DNA of 64,000 bases from Cyanobacteriota bacterium (GTDB lineage: Bacteria; Cyanobacteriota; Cyanobacteriia; Thermostichales; Thermostichaceae). The notes under the pieces were generated by a model that worked only from the letters and a program-made list of their open reading frames with translations, made no database searches and was not told the origin of the DNA. The DNA lies in assembly GCA_033764955.1 (NCBI GenBank), contig JANRIL010000032.1:26447-90446 (forward strand), in the 5' to 3' direction. The translations under genes were made by a program, and so were the position numbers. This document shows, one piece after another, positions 21,420 to 32,096 of this stretch; positions within the stretch are counted from its first letter, which is position 1; each line of letters starts with the position of its first letter.

Positions 21420-22484
21420 ATGAAGAAATGGATCTCGCTGGCGGTGATGGTAATCTGTTGCCTGGGCATTGGCTTAGGATTTCGCCCCGACAGTAGCCTT
21501 GCTCAGGAAAAAACCCTGGTCTTCTACAATTTTGCTGAATATATCGACCCACAAATTATCAGCGATTTTGAACAAGAGACCGGAGCCAAAGTGGTGAGTG
21601 CCTTCTTTGAATCCAACGAAGAAATGGTGGCGAAGCTGGAGGGAGGTGGAGTCAGCCAATACGATGTGGTGGTAGCTAGTGATTATGTCATCCCTGCCCT
21701 CATCCAAAAGCAACTGATTCAACCCCTACAAAAAGATCAAATTCCCAATATCAAAAATCTCTCCAGCAAATTTGTCGATCCGCCTTTTGATCCGGGCAAT
21801 GTCTATAGTGTCGGCTATCAGTGGGGAACTACGGGTATTGGCTATCGCAAAGATAAGGTCAATGAACCGCTGGAGCCATCCTGGAGTTTAATTTTTGATG
21901 CTAGCAAGCAGCAGGGACCTTTTGTCTTGATGGATGATCAGCGCCCGATGATTGGCATTGCCGCCCGCTATCTCGGCTTTGATATGAACACCACCAACAA
22001 AGAGGAATTGCAAAAGGTGCAGGAATTGTTGCTGGATGCCAAAAAGCGCAGCATTGGATTTATTGGTGGTGTGGGAGCCAACAACAAGCTGCTAGAGGGA
22101 ACAGCGAATGTGGCGGTGGTCTGGAATACGGATGTGTTGCGTTCAAAACCAGAACAACCCAATTTGGAATATTTTGTCCCTCAGGAAGGGAGCAATCTTT
22201 GGATTGACAACATGATGATTGCGGCACAGGCTCCCCATCCTGAGTTGGCTCATCAATTCATCAACTATCTGCTAGATGCCGAAGTGGGAGCGCTTTTGAG
22301 CACCTACAACAGTTGTGGATCCCCCAATGAGGCGGCTAAAGCCTTTATTGATCCGGTAGATCTGAATAACCCGATTATTTATCCCTCAGCCGAAGACCTA
22401 GAAAAGCTAGAGTATGTGAAAGAGATTTCTCCCGATGAGCTACGATTGATTGACGCCCTCTGGACGAATGTCAAGAGTGGCTGA
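21420..22484 (+). CDS. Spermidine/putrescine ABC transporter substrate-binding protein (PotD/PotF family)
   Basis: AGGAGG RBS; YNFAEYIDP, FESNEEM, YQWGTTGIGY, EGSNLWIDN. Confidence 0.9.
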   Translation: MKKWISLAVMVICCLGIGLGFRPDSSLAQEKTLVFYNFAEYIDPQIISDFEQETGAKVVSAFFESNEEMVAKLEGGGVSQYDVVVASDYVIPALIQKQLIQPLQKDQIPNIKNLSSKFVDPPFDPGNVYSVGYQWGTTGIGYRKDKVNEPLEPSWSLIFDASKQQGPFVLMDDQRPMIGIAARYLGFDMNTTNKEELQKVQELLLDAKKRSIGFIGGVGANNKLLEGTANVAVVWNTDVLRSKPEQPNLEYFVPQEGSNLWIDNMMIAAQAPHPELAHQFINYLLDAEVGALLSTYNSCGSPNEAAKAFIDPVDLNNPIIYPSAEDLEKLEYVKEISPDELRLIDALWTNVKSG

Positions 22485-22520
22485 TCCCTGGTTCTCGCTA
22501 CTGGGCAAGACTGAGGAATA

Positions 22521-23609
22521 GTGAGTGTGACCAATCCACCAGATCCGCAGACCAGGATCCCCCTGCTGGGGCAATCCCAACAAGCTCTCCGGGACTGGGC
22601 AGTGGCTCAGCAGCAGCCCAGCTATCGGGGGCAACAACTTTACGATTGGATTTACCACAAAGGGATCCATTCCCTGGATGAAATCTCAGTTTTGCCCAAG
22701 GCGTGGCGAGAAACGATAGCCGACTATCCCGTGGGTCGTTCGCAGGTGGTCTATCGCTCCCAGGCGGCGGATGGCACTCTCAAGTTACTGCTGCAACTGG
22801 TGGATGAGCAAACCATCGAAACCGTTGGGATCCCTACGCCCAAGCGCCTAACCGTCTGTGTCTCCTCCCAGGTGGGCTGCCCGATGGCCTGTGACTTTTG
22901 CGCCACGGGCAAGATGGGCTATCGCCGTAACTTGGGATCCCATGAAATCTTGGATCAGGTGCTCACTATCCAAGAGGTGTTTGGGCGACGGGTCAGTCAT
23001 ATTGTCTTTATGGGGATGGGAGAACCCCTGCTCAATCGAGAAGCCGTTGTAGAAGCCATCCACTCCCTCAACCGCGATATTGGTATCGGGCAGCGGCACA
23101 TCACCCTTTCGACGGTAGGGGTGCCCAAACAAATTCGCCATTTAGCGGAGCAGCAGTTACAAGTCACGCTGGCTGTCAGTCTTCATGCTCCTTCCCAACT
23201 GTTACGGGAACAACTCATCCCCTCTGCCAAGCACTATCCTTTAGAAGCCCTGCTCGACGATTGCCGCTTCTACATGCAAACCACAGGTCGGCGGATTAGC
23301 TTTGAATATACCCTCCTGCATGGAGTGAATGATCAGCCCCCCCACGCCCGTGCTTTAGCCGAGCTGCTGCATCAAGCCGCTCAATCGGGGTTTCGGGCCC
23401 ATGTCAATTTGATCCCCTACAATCCCATCTCGTTGGCTGACTATCAACGTCCATCGGCAGCTGCTATTCACCAGTTTGTGCAACAGCTAGAGTCTCATCA
23501 GATTGCCACGACGGTGCGGCAAACCCGTGGCTTGGATCAAGAGGCTGCCTGTGGTCAGTTGCGTAGTCTGCAGGTTGCTAGTCTTCAGACACCCCTACAT
23601 TTCCCCTAG
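22521..23609 (+). CDS. rlmN: 23S rRNA m2A2503 / tRNA m2A37 radical SAM methyltransferase
   Basis: [35 protein letters not shown]. Confidence 0.96.
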   Translation: MSVTNPPDPQTRIPLLGQSQQALRDWAVAQQQPSYRGQQLYDWIYHKGIHSLDEISVLPKAWRETIADYPVGRSQVVYRSQAADGTLKLLLQLVDEQTIETVGIPTPKRLTVCVSSQVGCPMACDFCATGKMGYRRNLGSHEILDQVLTIQEVFGRRVSHIVFMGMGEPLLNREAVVEAIHSLNRDIGIGQRHITLSTVGVPKQIRHLAEQQLQVTLAVSLHAPSQLLREQLIPSAKHYPLEALLDDCRFYMQTTGRRISFEYTLLHGVNDQPPHARALAELLHQAAQSGFRAHVNLIPYNPISLADYQRPSAAAIHQFVQQLESHQIATTVRQTRGLDQEAACGQLRSLQVASLQTPLHFP

Positions 23610-23677
23610 TGTTTCTCAATAATGGCAAGCCCTACACGGACGGGGGCAACCACTCAACTAATGAGCAAATAATGAGC

Positions 23678-23704
23678 AAAAAAGGCAGGTGCGAGCACCT
23701 GCCT
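23678..23704 (-). terminator. Intrinsic terminator after psaL
   Basis: AGGCAGGTGC/GCACCTGCCT inverted repeat followed by a T-run on the minus strand. Confidence 0.8.
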
Positions 23705-23764
23705 AAGAATTTAATATATCTATCGCTAGGAACGAAGAACAACAGGTATCGGCTGTCCCGCTTC

Positions 23765-24232
23765 CTAGAGAGCTAGGTTAAACCCACTGGTCACCAAATC
23801 TACATTTAGCAGCAATAGATAGGCAACCACCGCGCCACCCACACCGCCGATCAAAAATCCAGAGGAAAATTCACTCCAGCCCTTAGAGTCGCCCACAGGA
23901 GTATCAATGCCAGGGGTGGCATAGCCATAGATGTTGAGGGCAATCGTCATCAAAAGAACAATGGTTGCTGCTCCCAACAAACCCACCACTAAGCCAACGG
24001 GTTCAGAGCGCAGAGGACCTAGCTGGGAGAAGGGGCCGACCAGCCAATAGCCATGAGCCATGCCAATTTCTAGGCCGCGCGCCAGGGAAGAAATACCTGG
24101 ACGATTGATGGGCAGCCAGTCGATAAACAGCTTAATGATCGGGGTGTTGTTGATGGGAGTGAAGAAGTTGCCAATTTGGGGATCCCCATCGGGAACGGTA
24201 ATGTAGGCGCGTGGTTCAGTGCTTTGTACCAT
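23765..24232 (-). CDS. psaL: Photosystem I subunit XI
   Basis: DPQIGNFFTPIN, RGLEIGMAHGY, LGPLR, GWSEFSSGFLIGGVGG. Confidence 0.95.
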   Translation of the reverse strand: MVQSTEPRAYITVPDGDPQIGNFFTPINNTPIIKLFIDWLPINRPGISSLARGLEIGMAHGYWLVGPFSQLGPLRSEPVGLVVGLLGAATIVLLMTIALNIYGYATPGIDTPVGDSKGWSEFSSGFLIGGVGGAVVAYLLLLNVDLVTSGFNLAL

Positions 24233-24291
24233 AAGGAGTATTGTCCTGTGAGGGTAAACAAAAGAGAGGAAAATAACCGCTCAGGGGATCC

Positions 24292-24411
24292 CTAAAAGGT
24301 CAAGATATCGGGGAAAAAGCGATTGATCTCGATAAACAAACCCAAGATGAAGGTTGAGAACAAGACCAATGCCACCGGAGCTGTTGTGAGAAACTTTGTA
24401 AAGTCAGCCAT
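24292..24411 (-). CDS. psaJ: Photosystem I subunit IX (below the ORF-track size cutoff)
   Basis: Hand translation [39 protein letters not shown], lying between psaF and psaL. Confidence 0.95.
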   Translation of the reverse strand: MADFTKFLTTAPVALVLFSTFILGLFIEINRFFPDILTF

Positions 24412-24493
24412 GAGGATTTACCTTGAAAAAACAATAGAACAAACGAATTGAATTACCCAGTAAATTAGCCGGACAAATCAGTCAAGCCAGGAG

Positions 24494-25039
24494 TTAGCGA
24501 GGAGAGACGGGCACAGCTTCTTCGGGGGTACTCATTTGTCCACTGGCAATCTCAGCAAAGGCTAAAGCTGGCCACGATAGAGCAGTGACAAAACACTTAA
24601 GCGCCAGAGGAGCGTCGATGATGCTTTCTTTTTCTTCGGGGTTATCGGTAGCGCGCACAGCAATCAGGTAGGAGCGACCGGCCCAACCTAACCAACCTGC
24701 CAAATAGAGAAAGGCCAGCCCTGGGATAAGAAATTCTCCGGCATGATTGAGGCGACCATCCGTCACCAAGTGGGGTAAGCCCTCATCCCCACACAGTAAG
24801 GTGCTGTACCGCTCAAATCGTTTGGTGGCTTGATCCAGACGATGCTCGTAGACCTTGGCCATCGCTGGTCCAGCCGCTTCAATTTTTTCTTCTAGGGCTG
24901 TCAAGCGAGCATCCATCCGCTCTTGAAACGCAGGGACTTCACGACAAGGCTTTAAGCCGATCAGCGGCTCCGCATGGACGGCACTGGCAAAGCCAACAGC
25001 AAGGAAACAGGCCAGAATCAGGCTCAGTAATTTTCGCAT
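24494..25039 (-). CDS. psaF: Photosystem I subunit III
   Basis: MRKLLSL signal peptide, LKPCREVPAF, LCGDEGLPHL, YLAGWLGWAGRSYL, VSPR end. Confidence 0.95.
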   Translation of the reverse strand: MRKLLSLILACFLAVGFASAVHAEPLIGLKPCREVPAFQERMDARLTALEEKIEAAGPAMAKVYEHRLDQATKRFERYSTLLCGDEGLPHLVTDGRLNHAGEFLIPGLAFLYLAGWLGWAGRSYLIAVRATDNPEEKESIIDAPLALKCFVTALSWPALAFAEIASGQMSTPEEAVPVSPR

Positions 25040-25459
25040 AGGAGTTGTCCTTGGGGTCATCTTGTCTGATAAACAACGGAGAGAGTGGGTCGGACTCAAA
25101 AAATCAGGGTTAGCAAAACCATCCACAAATCACACCAACCCACAAAATTCAGATTGACCGCTCATCTGGGATGGGCTGGAGGCCAACGGTAAGTATCATA
25201 CTCCTGACTGGATCGCCCCACGGGGATCCCTTTGTCAGGCAACACAATTCTTAAGGAAATCCGGTTTTACCCCTTTTCGCTTTCCGAAGATTTGGCTGAG
25301 ATGGTGAGGGTTGGGTTGGATTGGCGGCTTTATAGAGCTTTATACAATGGATATCTAGAGAGATATCTAGAGCATCACTATCTGGGGATTTCTGGTTTCT
25401 CGAACTAACTTTCTTTGCTCTTTTTGCCCAGTTGCTCCTCTACCGAGATCTTTTGAGTC

Positions 25460-26482
25460 ATGGCCAAGATCCTTGCCATAGAAACCAGTTGTGATGAAAC
25501 GGCGGCGGCGGTGGTAGAGCAGCGAACCGTGGTGAGTTCGCAGGTGGCCTCGCAAATTCCCCAGCATCAGGAGTTTGGCGGGGTGGTGCCGGAGGTGGCT
25601 TCGCGGCTGCATGTGGAGGCGGCCATGGCCGTGGTGGAAGCCGCTCTCGAACAGGCTCAGGTGGGGATCCCTGACATCGCCGCCATCGCCGTGACTGTGG
25701 CTCCTGGCTTGGTGGGATCCCTGTTGGTGGGTCTGATGACCGCTAAGACCCTCGCCCTGGTTCACAACAAGCCTTTCTTAGGGATCCACCATCTGGAGGG
25801 ACATATCTTTAGTGGTTTTTTGGCGGATCCCCATCTGGCTCCCCCCTGTTTGTGCCTATTGGTTTCGGGGGGACACACCAGCTTGATTCATGTGCTGGAC
25901 TATGGGGTATATCGCACAGTGGGACAAACCCGTGATGACGCCGTGGGAGAAGCCTTTGATAAGGTGGCACGGCTGCTGCACCTGGGGTATCCGGGCGGGC
26001 CAATCATCGATCGCTTAGCGGCTGAAGGGGATCCCCAGCGCTTTGCCTTGCCGATGGGGAAAGTAGCGGATCCCTATGACAGCAGTTTTAGCGGCCTCAA
26101 GACAGCGGTGTTACGCCTAGTGGAAAAACTGGAGCAAACCGGACACGATCTGCCGATTGCTGATATCGCCGCCAGCTTTCAGGCCACGGTCACCCAGGTG
26201 CTAACCCAAAAAGCCCTCGCCTGTGCCCAATCTCTCGGATTGTCCTCCCTCTTGCTGACGGGGGGAGTCGCGGCCAATCGAGAGTTGCGCCAACGGTTAC
26301 AAGCGGCGGGAGTAGCAGCGGGCATTCGGGTAGTGGTTCCTCCCTTCCATCTCTGCACTGATAATGCGGCCATGATCGGGGCAGCGGCGGCTGTGCATTT
26401 TGAGCGGGGAGCACGATCACCTTTGTCCCTAACGGTTCAATCTCGGTTGGGGTTAGAAGCAATAGCGGCTCTTTATGCTTAG
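25460..26482 (+). CDS. tsaD: tRNA N6-adenosine threonylcarbamoyltransferase
   Basis: [43 protein letters not shown]. Confidence 0.96.
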   Translation: MAKILAIETSCDETAAAVVEQRTVVSSQVASQIPQHQEFGGVVPEVASRLHVEAAMAVVEAALEQAQVGIPDIAAIAVTVAPGLVGSLLVGLMTAKTLALVHNKPFLGIHHLEGHIFSGFLADPHLAPPCLCLLVSGGHTSLIHVLDYGVYRTVGQTRDDAVGEAFDKVARLLHLGYPGGPIIDRLAAEGDPQRFALPMGKVADPYDSSFSGLKTAVLRLVEKLEQTGHDLPIADIAASFQATVTQVLTQKALACAQSLGLSSLLLTGGVAANRELRQRLQAAGVAAGIRVVVPPFHLCTDNAAMIGAAAAVHFERGARSPLSLTVQSRLGLEAIAALYA

Positions 26483-26747
26483 GAACAAGCTATTTTTCTG
26501 TTTTGGCAAGTGTTCGGTAAGTGAATCACTGGCGCTAGCGAAAAAAGGGATCCCTTCTGCGATCAGGAGCTAAATATCTTATTGTTTTCTTAACCTCTAT
26601 AGGGAAGCATTTACTTAGAGAAAAGGTAGAGAAACCTCTCAGTAAATTCCCCTAAATTAGGTGTGGGTAATCCACAATACAGACAGAAAAAACAGGCAAC
26701 TACTAATGTTTAGGCAATGAGGCAATCCATCTCTAGGATCTACGGCT

Positions 26748-27929
26748 ATGGCAAATGATCACGATCCAGTGCTTGGTTCGCTGGCTCAGGGATCCACAAA
26801 ACTTTTAATTAGCTCGATTGCGGCAGAATTAGAGGCTCGTTGTCGGCAGCAGGCATCGGGTCAACTTACACTTAGTACCGCTGATCAAACCTGGCATCTC
26901 TACTTTTTTATGGGGCGATTACTTTATGCCACGGGGGGTAGCCATCGGGTTCGGCGTTGGCAACGGGCACTCAAGCGTCATTGCCCTGGATTTATTCCCA
27001 ACAAGCAGGTGCAGGGGGATCCTTGGGAATACGATTTGCTCATTCAAGCGGTGGATCAGCAACACATCACCATCATACAGGCGCGGTCGATTATTCAGGA
27101 TGCGGCGCAGGAGGTTTTATTTAGTTTGATGGCGCATGATGTCTTGGTGGGACAGTGGATGCCGGATCGGCAGTTGGCACGACAACTAGTTCTCATCCCC
27201 ATCGATCACCTGACCGAACAAGTGCAGCAGTTATGGGAACAGTGGCAAGCCAAAGGGTTGAGAAAACTGGATGCCGATGCTGTTCCTTTGCTAAAGAATC
27301 CCCAGCAGTTTCAGGGACAAGTTTCGGCGGGAGTTTATCAGATATTAACGGTACTTTTGGACGGCCATAATTCCCTTTGGGATATCGCCCAACAAATGCG
27401 CTGGCCTTTACCAGTGATCACCCATTCGCTACTGCCTTTTATTCAACAAGGTTGGATCACACTTCGTAAAATTTCTGATTTGCCTTTGCCGGTGCAGTTA
27501 CCCCCGATCCGTTCCAGCTATGCCTCTCCAGTCAAGCAACCCAGAGGGGATCGTCCTGTTATCGCCTGTATTGATGATAGTCCTTTGATTGCAGCCACAC
27601 TGGAGCGAATTTTAGAACCGGCTGGTTTTCAGGTGATCACCATTTTGGATCCCTTAAATGCGATGGCTAGCCTCCTCAAAAGCAGACCGGTTCTGATCTT
27701 TTTAGATTTGTTGATGCCCAACACCAATGGCTATGAGCTGTGTGCGTCCCTGCGGCGTATTTCTCTCTTTAAGGACATACCTATTATTATTTTGACGGGA
27801 CAAGACAGTATTGTTGATCGGGTGCGAGCCAAGTTGGTGGGATCCACTGATTTTATGGCCAAACCCCCCGAACCCGATAAAGTTTTGCAGGTGGTTCACA
27901 AATACCTAGAAGTGAAAGCTGAAGTTTAA
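26748..27929 (+). CDS. PatA-family response regulator (PixG/PilG-like)
   Basis: PATAN-like N-terminus (GRLLYATGGSHRVRRW) plus C-terminal receiver (IACIDDSP, LDLLMP). Confidence 0.9.
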   Translation: MANDHDPVLGSLAQGSTKLLISSIAAELEARCRQQASGQLTLSTADQTWHLYFFMGRLLYATGGSHRVRRWQRALKRHCPGFIPNKQVQGDPWEYDLLIQAVDQQHITIIQARSIIQDAAQEVLFSLMAHDVLVGQWMPDRQLARQLVLIPIDHLTEQVQQLWEQWQAKGLRKLDADAVPLLKNPQQFQGQVSAGVYQILTVLLDGHNSLWDIAQQMRWPLPVITHSLLPFIQQGWITLRKISDLPLPVQLPPIRSSYASPVKQPRGDRPVIACIDDSPLIAATLERILEPAGFQVITILDPLNAMASLLKSRPVLIFLDLLMPNTNGYELCASLRRISLFKDIPIIILTGQDSIVDRVRAKLVGSTDFMAKPPEPDKVLQVVHKYLEVKAEV

Positions 27930-27969
27930 CCAAACTATTCCCATCTACTTAAGGCAATCCAGGATCATC

Positions 27970-28335
27970 ATGGCTACGGTACTTGTGGTAGAAGATAGTG
28001 CGTCCGAAGCAGCCATCATCACTAGTTGTCTGCAAAAGGGAGGGCTGATTCCGATTATTGTGGGCAGCAGTGAAGAGGCTCGTCAAAGACTAGAACAGCA
28101 GAAGCCTGATCTGATTGTTTTGGATGTGGTTTTGCCGGGATCCAGTGGATTTGAGTTTTGTCGAGAGTTGCGGAAAAAACCAGAAACCGCTCATTTGCCG
28201 ATTGTGATCTGCTCTACGAAAGATGGAGACATGGATAAGTTTTGGGGCATGAAACAAGGAGCCTCTGCCTATATCACCAAGCCCATTAACCAGGAGGAAT
28301 TACTGCGAACGGTACAAGCCTTGATTAAAGCTTAG
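27970..28335 (+). CDS. CheY-like response regulator (PixH/PilH-like)
   Basis: VLVVEDS, LDVVLP, DKFWGMKQGA, YITKP. Confidence 0.92.
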   Translation: MATVLVVEDSASEAAIITSCLQKGGLIPIIVGSSEEARQRLEQQKPDLIVLDVVLPGSSGFEFCRELRKKPETAHLPIVICSTKDGDMDKFWGMKQGASAYITKPINQEELLRTVQALIKA

Positions 28336-28525
28336 GGAAAGGTTAATTCAGACTTAGACTTGATATCTAGGAAATCTGGATAAAGTCAAGGAACTAGCCT
28401 GACGCACCGAATAACCACTGTCTATGCGTGGGGGAGTATCGGAAGCATATCGGGTGGATTGGAGTTGAGAGGATAAGGAAAAAGAAGCCACTGTTTTTTC
28501 GAGGCAAGCTGAAGGGTAAACACAA

Positions 28526-28999
28526 ATGGTTGAAATGATCCTTCCTGAGCAGACCCAGACCCAATCCTATTTATCCCTCAGTTTGGCGGGGGAGCGGCAG
28601 GTGGTTTTGCCCCTCGATCAGTTGCTGGAAGTTCTCACCCTACCTCTCCATCAGATTGTCCCTCTACCCGGAATGCCCGCCGCCGTTATGGGCATTATCA
28701 ACTGGCGGGGGGAAGTGCTCTGGTTGCTGGATCTGGGATTGCTGTTGGCGGCCACTCCCCTTGACCCGATCTCCTCTGGGCAGCCCGCCTATCCAGTTGT
28801 CATCCTCAAGGTCGGTGAGCAACGGTTGGGGGTGGTGATTGAGCAGGTGGGGCAAATTGTCCACTGGGATCCCGCCCAGCTCATCCCTGCACCTAATCAG
28901 GCTTTTTTACAAGGCTATGGCCTAGATGCCCACGGAAAAAGGTTTGATGTCTTGGATATTTCAGGTTTTTGGCGGCAACTGAATCCGGCTGCTGGGTAG
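28526..28999 (+). CDS. CheW-like coupling protein
   Basis: IVPLPGMPAAVMGIINWRGEVLWLLDL. Confidence 0.9.
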   Translation: MVEMILPEQTQTQSYLSLSLAGERQVVLPLDQLLEVLTLPLHQIVPLPGMPAAVMGIINWRGEVLWLLDLGLLLAATPLDPISSGQPAYPVVILKVGEQRLGVVIEQVGQIVHWDPAQLIPAPNQAFLQGYGLDAHGKRFDVLDISGFWRQLNPAAG

Positions 29000-29065
29000 C
29001 TGCTGCCTGCCAATTCACTAATTGCCGACCCACTGATTCCTGACCCACGTATTCTGGAGATTTCT

Positions 29066-32059
29066 ATGAGCGCCCTCGACTATCCCGCTACCCCCTCCTC
29101 CACAAGCCCATCGGGATCCCGTGGGATCCGGTCTGCCCCACCCCCCAAACCTGGGCAGCTCCGCTATCGCCTCAACTCGATTGGATCGCGGCTATTTTTA
29201 TATGTCTTGGGGGGAGCTTTATTAGGACTGGGGGGTATGTCCTTTCTGTTTTATCAAGCGCTGCAACAGCAAGCCGAAGACAAAATTCAGGGAACCCTCG
29301 CCACCCAGGTGGCAGCCATTGACGGAGAGCTGATCCAGACGGAGCAGACAATTACTAGCTTGATTGCCGCCGTCAACAACCTAAAAAAGAGTGGCATTAA
29401 AGATAAAGCCATCTATAAAAATCTTGCTTTTGAGTATTTTAGAAATAGTCGATCTGACCTGACGATTGGTATTGGGTTTGGTCAAGGCTCCAATAAAATC
29501 ATTCCCGATGTGCAGTGGTATTGGCCTTATTTCTATGAAGATCAAGGAGCTGCTTTAGCTGATGCCGTGGGAGTTTTGATGCCTCCTCCTTATCAGAATG
29601 TGCGCGATGCCGAGTTGCATCAGTATGACCAATATGCCAGCAAAGATTACTATAAAGATTATGTTTTGCCCCAAAAACCTCTCTGGCCAGAACCCTACCC
29701 CTGGGCGGGTATTGCCCTAGCTAGTTACTATAAACCCATCTTTGCGGAGAATGGCGAATGGCTGGGGGTGGCGGCCACTGATATCAACATTGCCGCCTAT
29801 AGCGAACGAATTGGCGATGCGACGGTCTTTGAGGATGCTGGTTATTTTGTAATTCTCTCCAAAGCGGGAAATTTGATTGCCTATCCCCCTGCTCCCGATT
29901 TAGCCAAAAACCTGCAAAGCTATCAAGAATTGCCGGATTTGAATCGCATCTGGCCCGACATTCAAGGGGATGAAGGGCTGTTGCGCTCGGATGGTCAATA
30001 CTGGGCTTATCAACGGATCCCCACCACCGAATGGGCGATGCTGGCGGTTGTGCCCCAATCGGTTGTCTTGCAGCCTGTGTTGTTAATTACGCTGGCGGGC
30101 ACTCTGGGAGCGGGTATTTTGCTGGCTGGGGTGGTGATCCTGTTTGTGCGGCAACTCAATCAACGCCTGGATCCCATCTTGCAGGGTTGCCGAGAAATGT
30201 CCGCCTTTAACAGCCAACGGGTGGGGACGGCTGGGGATCCCATTTTGGAGGGTCGAGATGAACTGGAGGTGTTGTCCCGCTCCTTTAGCCAAATGGCAAC
30301 TCAGCTCAAAGCCTCATTCTCCGCCCTAGAACAATCCAACCGTCAACTGGAACAACGGGTGGAAGCCCGCACCGCCGATCTGCAACGCAGTGAACAACGC
30401 CTGCGCCGTCAGAATGAGGTGCTGGCGCTATTGGCACGGGATGAAGCCCTGGTGCGGGGGGATCTGGGAGCCGTAGCAGCTACCTTTACGGAGGCTATCG
30501 CCGACACCCTAGAGGTGGAACGGGTGAGCATTTGGCTCTATAGTCCTGATCAAACAGCAATCCAAGCCATCGATCTCTACGTCCGCACCCCACGGCAACA
30601 CTCGCCGGGATCCCAACTCAAGCGCGAGGATCATCCCGCCTACTTTGCTGCCCTAGACGAGAAACGGACGATTGCTGCCCAAAATGCCCATACGGATCCC
30701 GCCACCCAGGAATTTTCCGCTAGCTACCTGACGCCTCTGGGGATCACTTCCATGCTGGATGCCCCCATTTTGGTGACTGGACAGTTGAAGGGGGTGGTCT
30801 GCTGTGAACATGTCGGATCCGAACGGGTCTGGGCAGTGGAGGAACAGGGTTTTGTCACTTCCACGGCTAACTTGATTGCCCTGGCGCTGGAAGCTACGGA
30901 ACGCTTGCAAGCGCAGCAGGAACTTAGCCGCAGTGAGCAGCAACAACGTATGGAAAAGGAATCCCTGCAAAAACGAGCCATGGAACTCTTGATGGAGGTG
31001 GATCCCGTTTCTCAGGGAGATCTGCGGGTACGGGCGCGAGTCACCCCCGATGAGATTGGCACGATTGCCGATTCCTACAACGCCATCATCAGTAGCCTGC
31101 GGGATATCGTAGTGCAAGTACAAGCTTCCGCCCAGCAGGTGACCCAGACAGCAGCCAGCAACGAAACCTCCGTGAAAACCCTCTCGGTGGAAGCCCTGCA
31201 ACAGGCGGATGCCCTAGCCACGGCCTTGCAGCAAATCGAGGCGATGGTGCAGTCCATTCAGACCGTCGCCCAGCGGGCACAGCAGGCGGAGGTGCAGGTG
31301 CAGGAGGCCAGCCAGACCGTCAGTCGTGGGGATCAGGCCATGAACCGCACCGTGTCGGGTATTCTCGCCATTCGAGAAACTGTGGCCGAAACGGCCAAAA
31401 AAGTGAAGCGGCTGGGGGAAGCCTCCCAGAAGATTTCTAAAGTGGTCAGTCTGATCAACAATTTTGCGGCTCAAACCAACCTACTCTCCCTGAATGCCGC
31501 TATCGAAGCAGCCCGCGCCGGGGAACAGGGGCGGGGATTTGCCGTGGTGGCGGAGGAGGTGCGTTCCCTCGCCCAACAATCCAGCACGGCTACGGGCGAG
31601 ATCGAGCAGCTAGTAGAAGCCATTCAACGGGAAACCAACGAGGTGGTGGCCGCCATGGAACGGGGAACCGAACAGGTGGTGGTGGGAACGCAACTGGTGG
31701 AGGAAACCCGCCAACAACTCAGCCAGATCACGCGGATCAGCGGCCAGATCTTGACGCTGGTGGAGGAAGTGGTAGAAGCGGCGGCTTCCCAGGCGGAAAC
31801 TTCCGCCACGGTCAGCCAAACCATTCAACAGGTAACCGATATTGCCCGACAAACCTCCACCCAGTCCGTTGCCCTGGCGGACTCCTTCGGCAACCTGTTA
31901 CGGGTGGCGCAGCAGTTGCAAGTGAGTGTCTCTCAGTTCAAGCTGGATACGCCATCAGCGGATCCCTCTACGGGATCCCATTCCCCAACCACCCCAGAGG
32001 ATCCGCCACGAGTTCTCAATATTCCGGCGGCTCTCCGGTCGCCCATGCTGCGCCGCTGA
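29066..32059 (+). CDS. Methyl-accepting chemotaxis protein (Cache-HAMP-GAF-MA)
   Basis: Two TM helices, periplasmic Cache-like domain, GAF (SMLDAPI), signalling hairpin [31 protein letters not shown]. Confidence 0.93.
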   Translation: MSALDYPATPSSTSPSGSRGIRSAPPPKPGQLRYRLNSIGSRLFLYVLGGALLGLGGMSFLFYQALQQQAEDKIQGTLATQVAAIDGELIQTEQTITSLIAAVNNLKKSGIKDKAIYKNLAFEYFRNSRSDLTIGIGFGQGSNKIIPDVQWYWPYFYEDQGAALADAVGVLMPPPYQNVRDAELHQYDQYASKDYYKDYVLPQKPLWPEPYPWAGIALASYYKPIFAENGEWLGVAATDINIAAYSERIGDATVFEDAGYFVILSKAGNLIAYPPAPDLAKNLQSYQELPDLNRIWPDIQGDEGLLRSDGQYWAYQRIPTTEWAMLAVVPQSVVLQPVLLITLAGTLGAGILLAGVVILFVRQLNQRLDPILQGCREMSAFNSQRVGTAGDPILEGRDELEVLSRSFSQMATQLKASFSALEQSNRQLEQRVEARTADLQRSEQRLRRQNEVLALLARDEALVRGDLGAVAATFTEAIADTLEVERVSIWLYSPDQTAIQAIDLYVRTPRQHSPGSQLKREDHPAYFAALDEKRTIAAQNAHTDPATQEFSASYLTPLGITSMLDAPILVTGQLKGVVCCEHVGSERVWAVEEQGFVTSTANLIALALEATERLQAQQELSRSEQQQRMEKESLQKRAMELLMEVDPVSQGDLRVRARVTPDEIGTIADSYNAIISSLRDIVVQVQASAQQVTQTAASNETSVKTLSVEALQQADALATALQQIEAMVQSIQTVAQRAQQAEVQVQEASQTVSRGDQAMNRTVSGILAIRETVAETAKKVKRLGEASQKISKVVSLINNFAAQTNLLSLNAAIEAARAGEQGRGFAVVAEEVRSLAQQSSTATGEIEQLVEAIQRETNEVVAAMERGTEQVVVGTQLVEETRQQLSQITRISGQILTLVEEVVEAAASQAETSATVSQTIQQVTDIARQTSTQSVALADSFGNLLRVAQQLQVSVSQFKLDTPSADPSTGSHSPTTPEDPPRVLNIPAALRSPMLRR

Positions 32060-32096
32060 TGTTGGCAGAGAAGACTGAGTTTGGAGAACAAGGGAT

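Noticed and set aside
25040..25126. Longer psaF start from the ORF track
   Set aside because: The signal peptide begins at MRKLL (25039); the extension is not PsaF-like.
28336..28525. Possible sRNA in the cheY-cheW gap
   Set aside because: Only one imperfect hairpin and no recognisable family motif.
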